Translations under genes and position numbers: made by a program
Assembly: GCA_043819135.1 (NCBI GenBank)
Contig: JBDRFG010000100.1
Location: 1 to 33,316 of the forward strand
Direction of reading: 5' to 3'
DNA from: Candidatus Eiseniibacteriota bacterium
GTDB lineage: Bacteria > Joyebacterota > Joyebacteria > Joyebacterales > Joyebacteraceae
Length of the DNA: 33,316 nt
Shown: in pieces, positions 16,365 to 24,597 of the stretch
How the letters are laid out: each line of letters starts with the position of its first letter
How positions within the stretch are numbered: the stretch's first letter is position 1
The notes under the pieces: generated by a model
Told to the model about the DNA's origin: nothing
The model's input: only the letters and a program-made list of their open reading frames with translations
Databases searched by the model: none

Positions 16365-17921
16365 GTGGTTGCCAGAGCGGACTGGAAGCTCAAGGTCGTC
16401 AAGGAGTCCGGCATTGGCCTAGCGGGGTCGGTCGTCGGCACGGCGCTCAACTACGTGCTGCTAATGATCGTCACGCGCGCGTTGAGCCCGACGGAGTACG
16501 GCACGTTCGCGCTGGCGCAGTCGGTGACGACCATCGCTCTCATCCTGGCGCTGTTCGGAACGCCGAGGGCGCTGGACCGTTTCATCCCCCTCTACAACGC
16601 CCGCGGCGACTACGGGCGGACCAGGACTCTCATATCCAGGATCTTCGGCGTGACGCTCGTGGCCGGCGTGGTCGCAGCGGCCGCGCTCATTCTGGGCTCC
16701 GGTCTCATAGCCCGCGCAATGCCGAACGGGGCGCACCTCGCACCCGTTCTCGCCGCTCTGGCGTTGAGCGTGCCCCTGCTGGTCTACGTCGAACAGGTCG
16801 GGTCCTCCTTCGTGGGATTCAAGGAGCTTCGGTACCAGGCGTACGTGCAGCAGCTGGCTCTCCCGGTGTTGAGGATCGCGCTTGTCGCTGTCGCGTTCGC
16901 CGCGGGCTTCAAGCTGTACGGCTGGGTCGCCGCGTATCTGGTGTCCCTGGTCGTCGCCGCCGCCCTCGCCTTCGCGTTCTACCGGCGGCTGATCGCCCCG
17001 CTTCTCCGCGCGCACGCGCCGGTCGACGTATCGCTCAAGGAGACCGCGACATACAGCTGGCCGCTTACCGTCAACAACATCGTTCTCGTGTTCTTTGGCC
17101 AAGTGGGCATCCTGTTTCTTGGGCGGTACTGGTCGCTCGCGGACGTGGGTGTGTTCAGAGTCTACGTCTACGTGGTCCTCGTCATGGTGATGGTCCGCGC
17201 GTCGTTCACGAAGATCTACAAGCCGGTGGCGTCAGAGATGCTCTCGACGGGCGACCACGAGGAACTCGGGCGCGCCTACGCCCGGGTCGCCCGGTGGATG
17301 TTCATTCCGAACTCCGCCATCTTCCTCGTCATAGCGCTCTTCGGCTCCCGCGCCCTCGTGCTCCTGCTGGGCGCCGAGTACCAAGTGGTGCCGGTGGCGC
17401 TCGTCGTGCTGGCCGCAGGCAGGCTTCTCGTCTCCTCGCTTGGACCCCAGGGTATGACGCTCGAGGCCTTCGGTCACACGCGGCTCTCGATGGTCAATGC
17501 CTTCGTCATGGTGGGCGCGAACGTCGGGCTCTGCGCCCTTCTCGTCCCCGGCCATGGCATTCTAGGCGCGGCGGTCGCGGCCTCCGCCTCGGCGTCGCTC
17601 GGCGCGCTCGCGGGGCTCGCTCAGGTATTCGTGCTCCACAGGATGCACCCATTCGGCTTCGGCTTCACCAGGTGCGTTGGCGCGGCTCTGGCGGTCTGGC
17701 TTCTGGGAGGCACGCAGGCGGAACGGATCGGCGCCATGGGGCTCGGAGAGCTGACGTGCGCCGCCACCGCAACGCTCACGTTGTACGCCCTCGGTCTCGT
17801 CCTTGTGCGCGGGTTCGATGCGACCGACCGCCAGGTGCTTGCGGAAGCGAGGGACCGCGTCCTGCGCAGGGGGAATCGAAAGGCAGAGGGAGGGAACCAT
17901 GCGGTTTGCGGTCGTCGGTGA
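16365..17921 (+). CDS. wzx: Wzx-type oligosaccharide flippase (MOP superfamily)
   Basis: Many hydrophobic segments, TRALSPTEYGTFALA, late VGVFRV and LVPGHGILGAAVA motifs. AGGAGG RBS; polysaccharide-locus context. Confidence 0.85.
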   Translation: MVARADWKLKVVKESGIGLAGSVVGTALNYVLLMIVTRALSPTEYGTFALAQSVTTIALILALFGTPRALDRFIPLYNARGDYGRTRTLISRIFGVTLVAGVVAAAALILGSGLIARAMPNGAHLAPVLAALALSVPLLVYVEQVGSSFVGFKELRYQAYVQQLALPVLRIALVAVAFAAGFKLYGWVAAYLVSLVVAAALAFAFYRRLIAPLLRAHAPVDVSLKETATYSWPLTVNNIVLVFFGQVGILFLGRYWSLADVGVFRVYVYVVLVMVMVRASFTKIYKPVASEMLSTGDHEELGRAYARVARWMFIPNSAIFLVIALFGSRALVLLLGAEYQVVPVALVVLAAGRLLVSSLGPQGMTLEAFGHTRLSMVNAFVMVGANVGLCALLVPGHGILGAAVAASASASLGALAGLAQVFVLHRMHPFGFGFTRCVGAALAVWLLGGTQAERIGAMGLGELTCAATATLTLYALGLVLVRGFDATDRQVLAEARDRVLRRGNRKAEGGNHAVCGRR

Positions 17922-18927
17922 TATTTGCCCGGACGCGCGCCTGCTGGCGTGGCGCGTCGCCCGGATCCCCGATCTTCACCGGGCACTCGACGTCGATCTC
18001 GTGCTCGCGAACTTCGAGGCCGTCGTCGACGGGACCGAGGTGGGAGACGACACGTTCGCTCCGGACAAGATCCGTTTGTCCGTTCCCGGCGAGGCATTGG
18101 ACAGGCTCCGGGCGATCGGTGTCGACGCGGTCAGTGTCGCGAACAATCATCTCTGGGACTACGGCGCCGCGGCGGCCGAGCACACCGTCCGCGAACTCGG
18201 ACGTACTCTCGGCATCGACCGCGTCTTCGGGTGGAACGACAGGCCGTCAATCGAGATAGCGTCGGGGCTCAGCGTCCTGGGGATGTGCTTCGACGAGACG
18301 CATCCGGAGCGAGGCGGCGGTTCGTTCGCCGTCCGCGACACCGGGGATGTCTGGAGCGCCGTCGCGGCTGCCCGCCAGCCAGGAGAGAGCCTGTTGGTGT
18401 TCGCGCACTGGGGCGATGAACACGTCCGACTCACCGATTCGCTTCTTCGGGAGCGGGCGCGGGAGATGGTCGGGTCCGGGGCCGCTCACGTTGTCGGCTG
18501 CCACAGTCACGCGGTGGGAGCCGGGGAGCGCATCGGCGACGCCGTCGCGCTCTACGGCCTCGGGAATCTGCTCTTCCGGACGATGCCGGAGCACAACACG
18601 CGCATGCTGCCGGCGGACCGGCGTGGTCTGGCCGCCGTCTTCCGCTGGGAGGGCGGAGTGCTGACTTACGAGGAGTGCTGGGAGAGCGTCTTCGACGACG
18701 CGATGAACCTGAGCCTGCGCCCGCTCGGAAGGCCTCTGCCTGGCGGCCCCGTCGCGCGCAGGCACCTTCACCTCCGCAAGGGGAGCGCCCGGGCTCTCTA
18801 CCACATGGACCTCGGCACCACGTGGGCAAGGCGGGGAGTGGCGAAGGTGCTCTCGGGGATCGAGCGCCCGAGCTGGCGGAAGGTCGGCACGCTGAGCAGC
18901 AGAGTGTTCGGACGTCGCGTTGCGTAG
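17899..18927 (+). CDS. CapA-family metallophosphoesterase-fold protein
   Basis: AVVGDI, ANFE, VSVANNHLWDYG, HWGDE, VVGCHSH and YGLGNLLF are the CapA/PGA_cap motifs. ATG 17899 follows GGAGG. Confidence 0.85.
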   Translation: MRFAVVGDICPDARLLAWRVARIPDLHRALDVDLVLANFEAVVDGTEVGDDTFAPDKIRLSVPGEALDRLRAIGVDAVSVANNHLWDYGAAAAEHTVRELGRTLGIDRVFGWNDRPSIEIASGLSVLGMCFDETHPERGGGSFAVRDTGDVWSAVAAARQPGESLLVFAHWGDEHVRLTDSLLRERAREMVGSGAAHVVGCHSHAVGAGERIGDAVALYGLGNLLFRTMPEHNTRMLPADRRGLAAVFRWEGGVLTYEECWESVFDDAMNLSLRPLGRPLPGGPVARRHLHLRKGSARALYHMDLGTTWARRGVAKVLSGIERPSWRKVGTLSSRVFGRRVA

Positions 18928-18936
18928 GCCGGGGGA

Positions 18937-20145
18937 ATGTGCGCCATGACCTCAAGGACAGTGCTGTCGCCACCTGATCTCATCGTGACGCGGGCCTCGC
19001 TCGCTGGCATCGTCGCGGCGCTCGTGGTCTTCGGCCGGACTCCCGACACGCTGCCTCAGATGTACGTCTCGCTGGCGGTTCTGGTCGCTCTGTACCTTCT
19101 GGGCAGGGGCGCTGCGATACTCGACTCGCTGGTGTCCTACGCGACGTCCCCCCTCATGCGCGTCAGGTGGCTGTTCCTGCTCTGGGCCGGCGCATCGCTC
19201 CTGTGGTCGCCGCACCACGGACCTTCGGCACTGAGCCATCTGTCCACGCTGGTTGAGATCCACCTGCTGGGCCTGATCTTCTACGACAGCGTCAGGAAGC
19301 TGGGGCAGATCAAGGTCATTCTGGTAGCGCTCGTCGTCACCGCAGTCCTCGCCACCGCACAGACGCTGATCTCGGGCCTCGGGACCGACGTGATGCGCCT
19401 GAGCGGCGTCTACGGCAACCCGAACATCTTCGCGGTCACCTCGCTCATCGCGCTGGCGGCACTCCTGTCAGGGATCAACCTGGGCAAGGGAGCGATCGGG
19501 CAGCTGGTTTCCTACGGCTCGATCCTTGTCATCAGCGGCGGCATCGTCGCGTCGACGTCGAGGAAAGGCGTCCTCGGTGTGCCCGTCCTGTGCCTGCTGT
19601 CCATGGCCGTGCCGTCGCTGCGACGCCGGGGGGCCGTCTCGACCGCGCTTCTTCTGACAGGGCTCGTGGTCGTGAACGCGTCCGGCGGTGCCCTTCAGCG
19701 CTTCTGGCTGTTCTGTGTGCGGCGCACCGTGGCCGTGGGCAACTGGTTCACCTCGGTCGGGAACGTGGACGGCAGCCTGCTCGAGAGAGGGCGCTTCCTT
19801 GCCATGGGAGCCGCTCTCATCGTCAAGTCGCCGTTCCTCGGACACGGCCTCGACTCCTTCTACTGGATATCGGGCGAAGCGGCATACACGCACAGCAACT
19901 ACGTGGAGCTCGGGGTCGCGCTCGGGCTGGTTGGCGCCCTGCTCTATTACGCGTTTCACATCGTGCTTCTGCGGCGCGCCTTCGCGCGATCTGTCCGAAG
20001 GCTGCTGGGCGCGCGCTTCGCCATTCTGCTCGTCGTGCTGATGCTCGCTCTCGACGTAGCGATAGTGTCCTACCGGATGAAACTGCCGTCGCTTCTCATG
20101 ATCGCGTGCGTCGGCTGGATGGAAGGACCGCGAGAAGATGAGTGA
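18937..20145 (+). CDS. O-antigen ligase / Wzy polymerase-family membrane protein
   Basis: About 10 TM segments; RLSGVYGNPN, STSRKG, SP.LGHG and HSNYVEL.V.LGLVG (Wzy_C pattern). Confidence 0.85.
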   Translation: MCAMTSRTVLSPPDLIVTRASLAGIVAALVVFGRTPDTLPQMYVSLAVLVALYLLGRGAAILDSLVSYATSPLMRVRWLFLLWAGASLLWSPHHGPSALSHLSTLVEIHLLGLIFYDSVRKLGQIKVILVALVVTAVLATAQTLISGLGTDVMRLSGVYGNPNIFAVTSLIALAALLSGINLGKGAIGQLVSYGSILVISGGIVASTSRKGVLGVPVLCLLSMAVPSLRRRGAVSTALLLTGLVVVNASGGALQRFWLFCVRRTVAVGNWFTSVGNVDGSLLERGRFLAMGAALIVKSPFLGHGLDSFYWISGEAAYTHSNYVELGVALGLVGALLYYAFHIVLLRRAFARSVRRLLGARFAILLVVLMLALDVAIVSYRMKLPSLLMIACVGWMEGPREDE

Positions 20146-21523
20146 GGTACGGTGCCGGCTTACGAGTCATGTCATAGACCCGATCTTCTGGACGCTGCTC
20201 AAGCGGTACGACTTCACGACCAGGCTAGCGGAACTGCGCGGGCTGCAGTGGGACGACCGTGTCGTGTTCGAGGACAGGCAGAGGCGCTCGCTGGCCGCGC
20301 TCCTCAAGCACGCCGTCGAGAACGTCGGGTTCTACCGAGAGAATGCTGCGGGCGTCGCATCCGCGTCGATCGCGGACGATCCTGTCGCGGCCCTCAAGAG
20401 CTTCCCCGTTCTGGAGAAGAGCGTCATGGAGCGATACCTCGTTTCCGTTGATGTGGACCCTTCGCGCCGGGCGTTCGCCAGCTCATCGGGCGGTTCGACC
20501 GGTGAGCCAGTGAGATTCCTGCTCGATGCCGCCAGCGACAGCGCGGGTCTGGCAGCGGCGCAGGTTCTCTACGACTGGGCCGGCGTTCGGCGAGGCGACC
20601 GTCGCGTGTTGCTGTGGGGGGCGCGTCACGACCTCGCTGCCCGAGGACTGGCGCTGCACCGAATGGCCGACAGCGTCCTCAGGAACCTGACCGTTCTCGA
20701 CGCGTTCGATCTCGGACCCAGGGCGATGAGGTCGTACGCCCGAACACTGCAGAGACTCAAGGCGGACTGCATAGAGGGCTACGCCGAAGCGCTGTACGAG
20801 TTCGCGGGCTTCCTCGACCGCGAAGGTCTTTCGATCCCGCGTCCCCGCGCCGTGATATCCGGAGCCAGCACCCTGCTGCCTCACATGCGGACCGAGATAG
20901 AGAGAGTGTTTGGGGCGCCGGTGTTCGACAGATACGGGAGCCGCGAGGTCGCCGCTATTGCAGCCGAGTGCGACCGGCACACCGGTCTTCACGTATACGG
21001 AGAGAACACCTTCGTCGAGGTGCTGGACGGTGACGGACGCGAGGTGGACGCGGGGCAGGAGGGGGAGGTCTTCGTGACCAGTCTGGTCAACTACACGATG
21101 CCGCTCATCAGGTACCGGATAGGTGACCGCGCCATTCGTGGTCCGACTCTCTGTGACTGCGGGAGACCCTACCCGCTTCTGTCGGGAATCTCGGGCCGGA
21201 CGTCCGCCTGTCTTCTGAGACCGGACGGAGGAGTTGTCTCGGGCTCCGTCGTTACTCACATCATCGGCGTTGAATGCGGAGAGGGCTGCATCCGAGGCTT
21301 CCAGGTCATTCAGGACACGCTTGATGAACTCCTCGTCAGGATCGCACCGGTTCCGGGCATGGAGAGTCAGGCCTTCGGCCAGGTGGAGCCGATCGCCTCG
21401 CGGCTCAGGGAAGCCATGGGGTGCAATTGCCGGATACGTTTCGAGACGGTTGGCTCGATAGAGCCGGCCCCTTCCGGGAAGCGCCAGTACGTCATCTGCC
21501 GGGTGGGAGGAAGGGACTCATGA
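20138..21523 (+). CDS. CapK / phenylacetate-CoA-ligase-like adenylate-forming enzyme
   Basis: SSGGSTGEP, DRYGSRE, MPLIRYRIGD, GR and C-terminal PSGK motifs of the ANL superfamily. Confidence 0.88.
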   Translation: MSEVRCRLTSHVIDPIFWTLLKRYDFTTRLAELRGLQWDDRVVFEDRQRRSLAALLKHAVENVGFYRENAAGVASASIADDPVAALKSFPVLEKSVMERYLVSVDVDPSRRAFASSSGGSTGEPVRFLLDAASDSAGLAAAQVLYDWAGVRRGDRRVLLWGARHDLAARGLALHRMADSVLRNLTVLDAFDLGPRAMRSYARTLQRLKADCIEGYAEALYEFAGFLDREGLSIPRPRAVISGASTLLPHMRTEIERVFGAPVFDRYGSREVAAIAAECDRHTGLHVYGENTFVEVLDGDGREVDAGQEGEVFVTSLVNYTMPLIRYRIGDRAIRGPTLCDCGRPYPLLSGISGRTSACLLRPDGGVVSGSVVTHIIGVECGEGCIRGFQVIQDTLDELLVRIAPVPGMESQAFGQVEPIASRLREAMGCNCRIRFETVGSIEPAPSGKRQYVICRVGGRDS

Positions 21524-22656
21524 GACCCTTGAGCGTGCTGTATCTCATCCATACGCTCGGGCAGGGGGGAGCGCAGCGTCAGCTGGTCACGCTCGTCAAC
21601 GCGCTGGACCGTACCCGCATCCGGCCGGAGGTCGCCTTCTACTACGACCTCGACCTTCTCAGGCCGGAACTCGAGCGCACCGGCACGCCGGTGCACGTGC
21701 TGGGGCTGCACGGGGCGAAGGACCCGCGCGTCGCGCTCCGTCTGGCGCTACTCATCGATCGGAGCGACTTCGACATCGTCCACTGTTTCCTCAACACGCC
21801 GGGAGTGCTCGCGCGTCTCGCCGTTCTCAGCCGCGGAGGGCCGAAGATCATCCTGTCGGAGAGAAGCGTGGACCTCGGGTCTCTGCCGTGGACACTGCCG
21901 CTGGAGCGGATGCTCTCCTATCGCGCCGACGCCGTCGTCGTGAACGCGCCGGTCGTCAGGCGCCACGTGGAGGGCGTTCTCCCGAGGTGGCGCGGTCGCG
22001 TCCACATCGTGCCCAACGGCGTGAGCTGGAAGGAGCCCACGCCCGAGCAGTTACGCAGGGCCGGTGACCTTCGCGACCGCTATTGCATCCGCGACGACGG
22101 GGTGCTCCTCTCGTCCGTGGGCAGGCTCTCCCGCGAGAAGAACCCGCTGCTTCTGCTCGATGCGTTTGCGATGCTCAGCGCCGAGTCCCGACGCAAACTG
22201 AGCGTTATCTGGGTCGGCGCGTCGAGGGACGAGAGTCTGAAGAAGGTCGTGGAAGAGCGCGTACGACTGTTTGGCGTGTCCGATCACTTCCATCTGCTAC
22301 CAGAGACCAACGACATCGGGTCGGTGTACGTCGCTTCGGACGCCGTCGTTCTCACGTCGTGCTGGGAGGGCTCCCCGAACTCCGTGCTCGAGGCGCTTGC
22401 CTCGGGTACACCCGTCATTGCGACTGACGTGGGCGATGTTCACGAGATGGTCGTAACAGGGCGCACCGGGTGGCTTGTGCCGCCGGAGGATGTGCCGGCC
22501 ATGGCCGCTGCGATCTCAGGGGCCGTGGCCACTCCGCGTGCCGCGCTCGTCCGCATGGGACGCGAGGGTGCGAAGCTGGTTCTCAGCGAACGTTCTACGG
22601 AGAAGCTCGTCGAGCGGACCGAAGCGGTCTATCGTCACGTTCTTTCCGACACCTGA
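21520..22656 (+). CDS. Glycosyltransferase family 4
   Basis: LGQGGAQRQL, IVPNGV, VGRLSREKN, EGSPNSVLEALASGTPVIATDVG. ATGA coupling to the upstream gene. Confidence 0.93.
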   Translation: MRPLSVLYLIHTLGQGGAQRQLVTLVNALDRTRIRPEVAFYYDLDLLRPELERTGTPVHVLGLHGAKDPRVALRLALLIDRSDFDIVHCFLNTPGVLARLAVLSRGGPKIILSERSVDLGSLPWTLPLERMLSYRADAVVVNAPVVRRHVEGVLPRWRGRVHIVPNGVSWKEPTPEQLRRAGDLRDRYCIRDDGVLLSSVGRLSREKNPLLLLDAFAMLSAESRRKLSVIWVGASRDESLKKVVEERVRLFGVSDHFHLLPETNDIGSVYVASDAVVLTSCWEGSPNSVLEALASGTPVIATDVGDVHEMVVTGRTGWLVPPEDVPAMAAAISGAVATPRAALVRMGREGAKLVLSERSTEKLVERTEAVYRHVLSDT

Positions 22657-23827
22657 TCGACGACAGCACGTTCCAGCGGTCGGTCGAAGTAACCTCGCGG
22701 TACAGAGAACCGTAGACCGCGGCCGTTCTATCGAGGCTGTAGGCGGCACGGATCCTCTCTCTCGCGGCGATCCCGCGCCGAACGCGCTCGTCCCTGCCGG
22801 CCTCCAGCAACCCAAGAACCGCCGAGCCCAGCGCCTCGGGGTCACCCGGGGGAACGATGAAGCCCGTGTCGCCGACGACAGCGGCTGAGTCCCCTACGTC
22901 CGTGGCAACGCACGGTACGCCCGACGCCATCGCCTCACCGAGGACCAGCGGGAGCGCTTCTCCAAGCGACGACGACACGTAGATGTCCAGCGCAGCCAGA
23001 ATGCGTGGAACGTCGGTCCTGCTTCCCAGCAGGACGGTCCGCCTCTCCATACCCGCCGCTCCTATCGTGCTCAAGAGCTCCGTGTTGCTCCAGGTGACGT
23101 CCCTCCCGCACAGAACGAACCTCGCGTCCGGCACCTGCGCCGTGACCATAGCGGCCGCGCGAAACAGATTCGCGTGGTCCTTGTTGGGATCGTAGCGCGC
23201 GACCATGCCGATCAGGGGTGTCCCGGCGTTGAGATCCAGTTCTCTGCGCAGCGTCGTTCGGACCGATTCGTCCGGCCGGAATTCCGCTAGGTCGAACCCG
23301 TTCGGTATGACGCGAAGCTTCGATTTGCAGTATCCCATTTCCGCATGGGCCGCGCGCGTCGCTTCGGAACAGCAGACGATGCTCCGGGGCAGACGGCTCG
23401 ACAGTAGCGCGCAGCTCTTCGCTACCCGAAGTGTGGACGCCTTGTCCGACTCATCCAGGTTCGCGTGGTGGAGCCCCCAGACCACCGGGATCCCACCGGC
23501 GAGCTTCGCAGCCGCGCCGGCGGCGAGGTCGGCGTGATACATCCAGCTCTGGATGACGTCGGGCCTCCGCTTCCGGATCTCTGCGGCGAGCGTGACCACT
23601 CCCCAGGGCCTCGGCCGCGAACGATCCAGGCCGAGCGCGTGGACGGTCACACCGACTTCGCGCATCTTCGCGCCCATCGGCTCCGTGTCGCTGAGGGAGA
23701 GCACCTCCGAATCGAATCCGTGCTCGGGTAGGCGCCGGAGGAGACGGTATAGCATCCACTCGGCTCCGCCTTCGAGCAGTCCGCTGACGACGTGCAGCAG
23801 TCGCTTTCTCTCCGGCGAAGAGGTCAT
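22595..23827 (-). CDS. Glycosyltransferase family 4
   Basis: GGAEWML, QSWMYHADL, IPNGFD, VARYDPNKDH, EALPLVLGEAMASGVPCVATDVGD. Confidence 0.93.
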   Translation of the reverse strand: MTSSPERKRLLHVVSGLLEGGAEWMLYRLLRRLPEHGFDSEVLSLSDTEPMGAKMREVGVTVHALGLDRSRPRPWGVVTLAAEIRKRRPDVIQSWMYHADLAAGAAAKLAGGIPVVWGLHHANLDESDKASTLRVAKSCALLSSRLPRSIVCCSEATRAAHAEMGYCKSKLRVIPNGFDLAEFRPDESVRTTLRRELDLNAGTPLIGMVARYDPNKDHANLFRAAAMVTAQVPDARFVLCGRDVTWSNTELLSTIGAAGMERRTVLLGSRTDVPRILAALDIYVSSSLGEALPLVLGEAMASGVPCVATDVGDSAAVVGDTGFIVPPGDPEALGSAVLGLLEAGRDERVRRGIAARERIRAAYSLDRTAAVYGSLYREVTSTDRWNVLSSIRCRKERDDRPLRSARRASP

Positions 23828-24597
23828 CGGATCCCCCTGGACACCCGCGCGCTCAGGTAACCCCAGAGCGTGGGGTGGTGTCGGAGCCTGGACGGCAACT
23901 GCCTCTCCTTGGCGAACCTCAGTGGTTCTCCGCGGGAGATCCGCGCCACTGCCTCCCTGAGTAGCGGCAGTCCCGCGGCGACGTGGAGGTACGGATACGT
24001 GACGAAGCTGTCCTCCCGCGTGATGTCCAGCGCCGACTGCCCTATGACGCGCCCGGTGTCTATGCCGTCGTCGACAAGGTGAACAGTCGTCCCGGCTAGT
24101 TCCGCTCTGTCCTCTGCCAGTGCCCAGTAGCCTCCGTGCACACCTCTATAGAGGGGAGTGATACCCGCGTGCATGTTGACGAACGGGGCAGCGACGCAGT
24201 TCAGAGTCCGCCGGCCGATGATGCGCGTTCCGCTGACGACGACGACCGACGGGTCTATTCGTTGCATGAGTTCCCGTGTCTCGGGCGAGTTGACGGATTC
24301 CACCCTGTGTGCTTCGACACGCGGAGGCGACCGGTCCATGGCGAACCGGTCCACGATCGTTTCGATACGCGCCCTCGCTCCCAGCTTGAGCAAGGGGACG
24401 ACCGTGCCGGCGAAGAGCGCCTGTCCGAGCGTCGCAGTGACGCCGAGCTTCCGCGCCCGTCTTCGCAGCAGACCCAGGCGTGATGGAGCCTTCTCGATGA
24501 TCAGCTCGACGTCCTGTCGATCTTCCAGCAGGGCGTTCAGGATGATTCGAGTTGAGTCTCCATCCTGAGCGACAAGTAGTGCGGGTCCCGCAACCAT
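23824..24597 (-). CDS. N10-formyl-THF-dependent formyltransferase
   Basis: VNMHAGITPLYRG...GTTVHLVDDGIDTG carries the catalytic N, H and D of the formyl_trans_N family. Confidence 0.88.
   Translation of the reverse strand: MVAGPALLVAQDGDSTRIILNALLEDRQDVELIIEKAPSRLGLLRRRARKLGVTATLGQALFAGTVVPLLKLGARARIETIVDRFAMDRSPPRVEAHRVESVNSPETRELMQRIDPSVVVVSGTRIIGRRTLNCVAAPFVNMHAGITPLYRGVHGGYWALAEDRAELAGTTVHLVDDGIDTGRVIGQSALDITREDSFVTYPYLHVAAGLPLLREAVARISRGEPLRFAKERQLPSRLRHHPTLWGYLSARVSRGIR

Noticed and set aside
17899..18927. Poly-gamma-glutamate capsule synthesis
   Set aside because: No capB/capC (pgsB/pgsC) genes are present, and the context is Wzx/Wzy polysaccharide.
20138..21523. Phenylacetate catabolism (paaK)
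   Set aside because: No paa genes are nearby. The gene is coupled to glycosyltransferase genes, as CapK-like proteins are.
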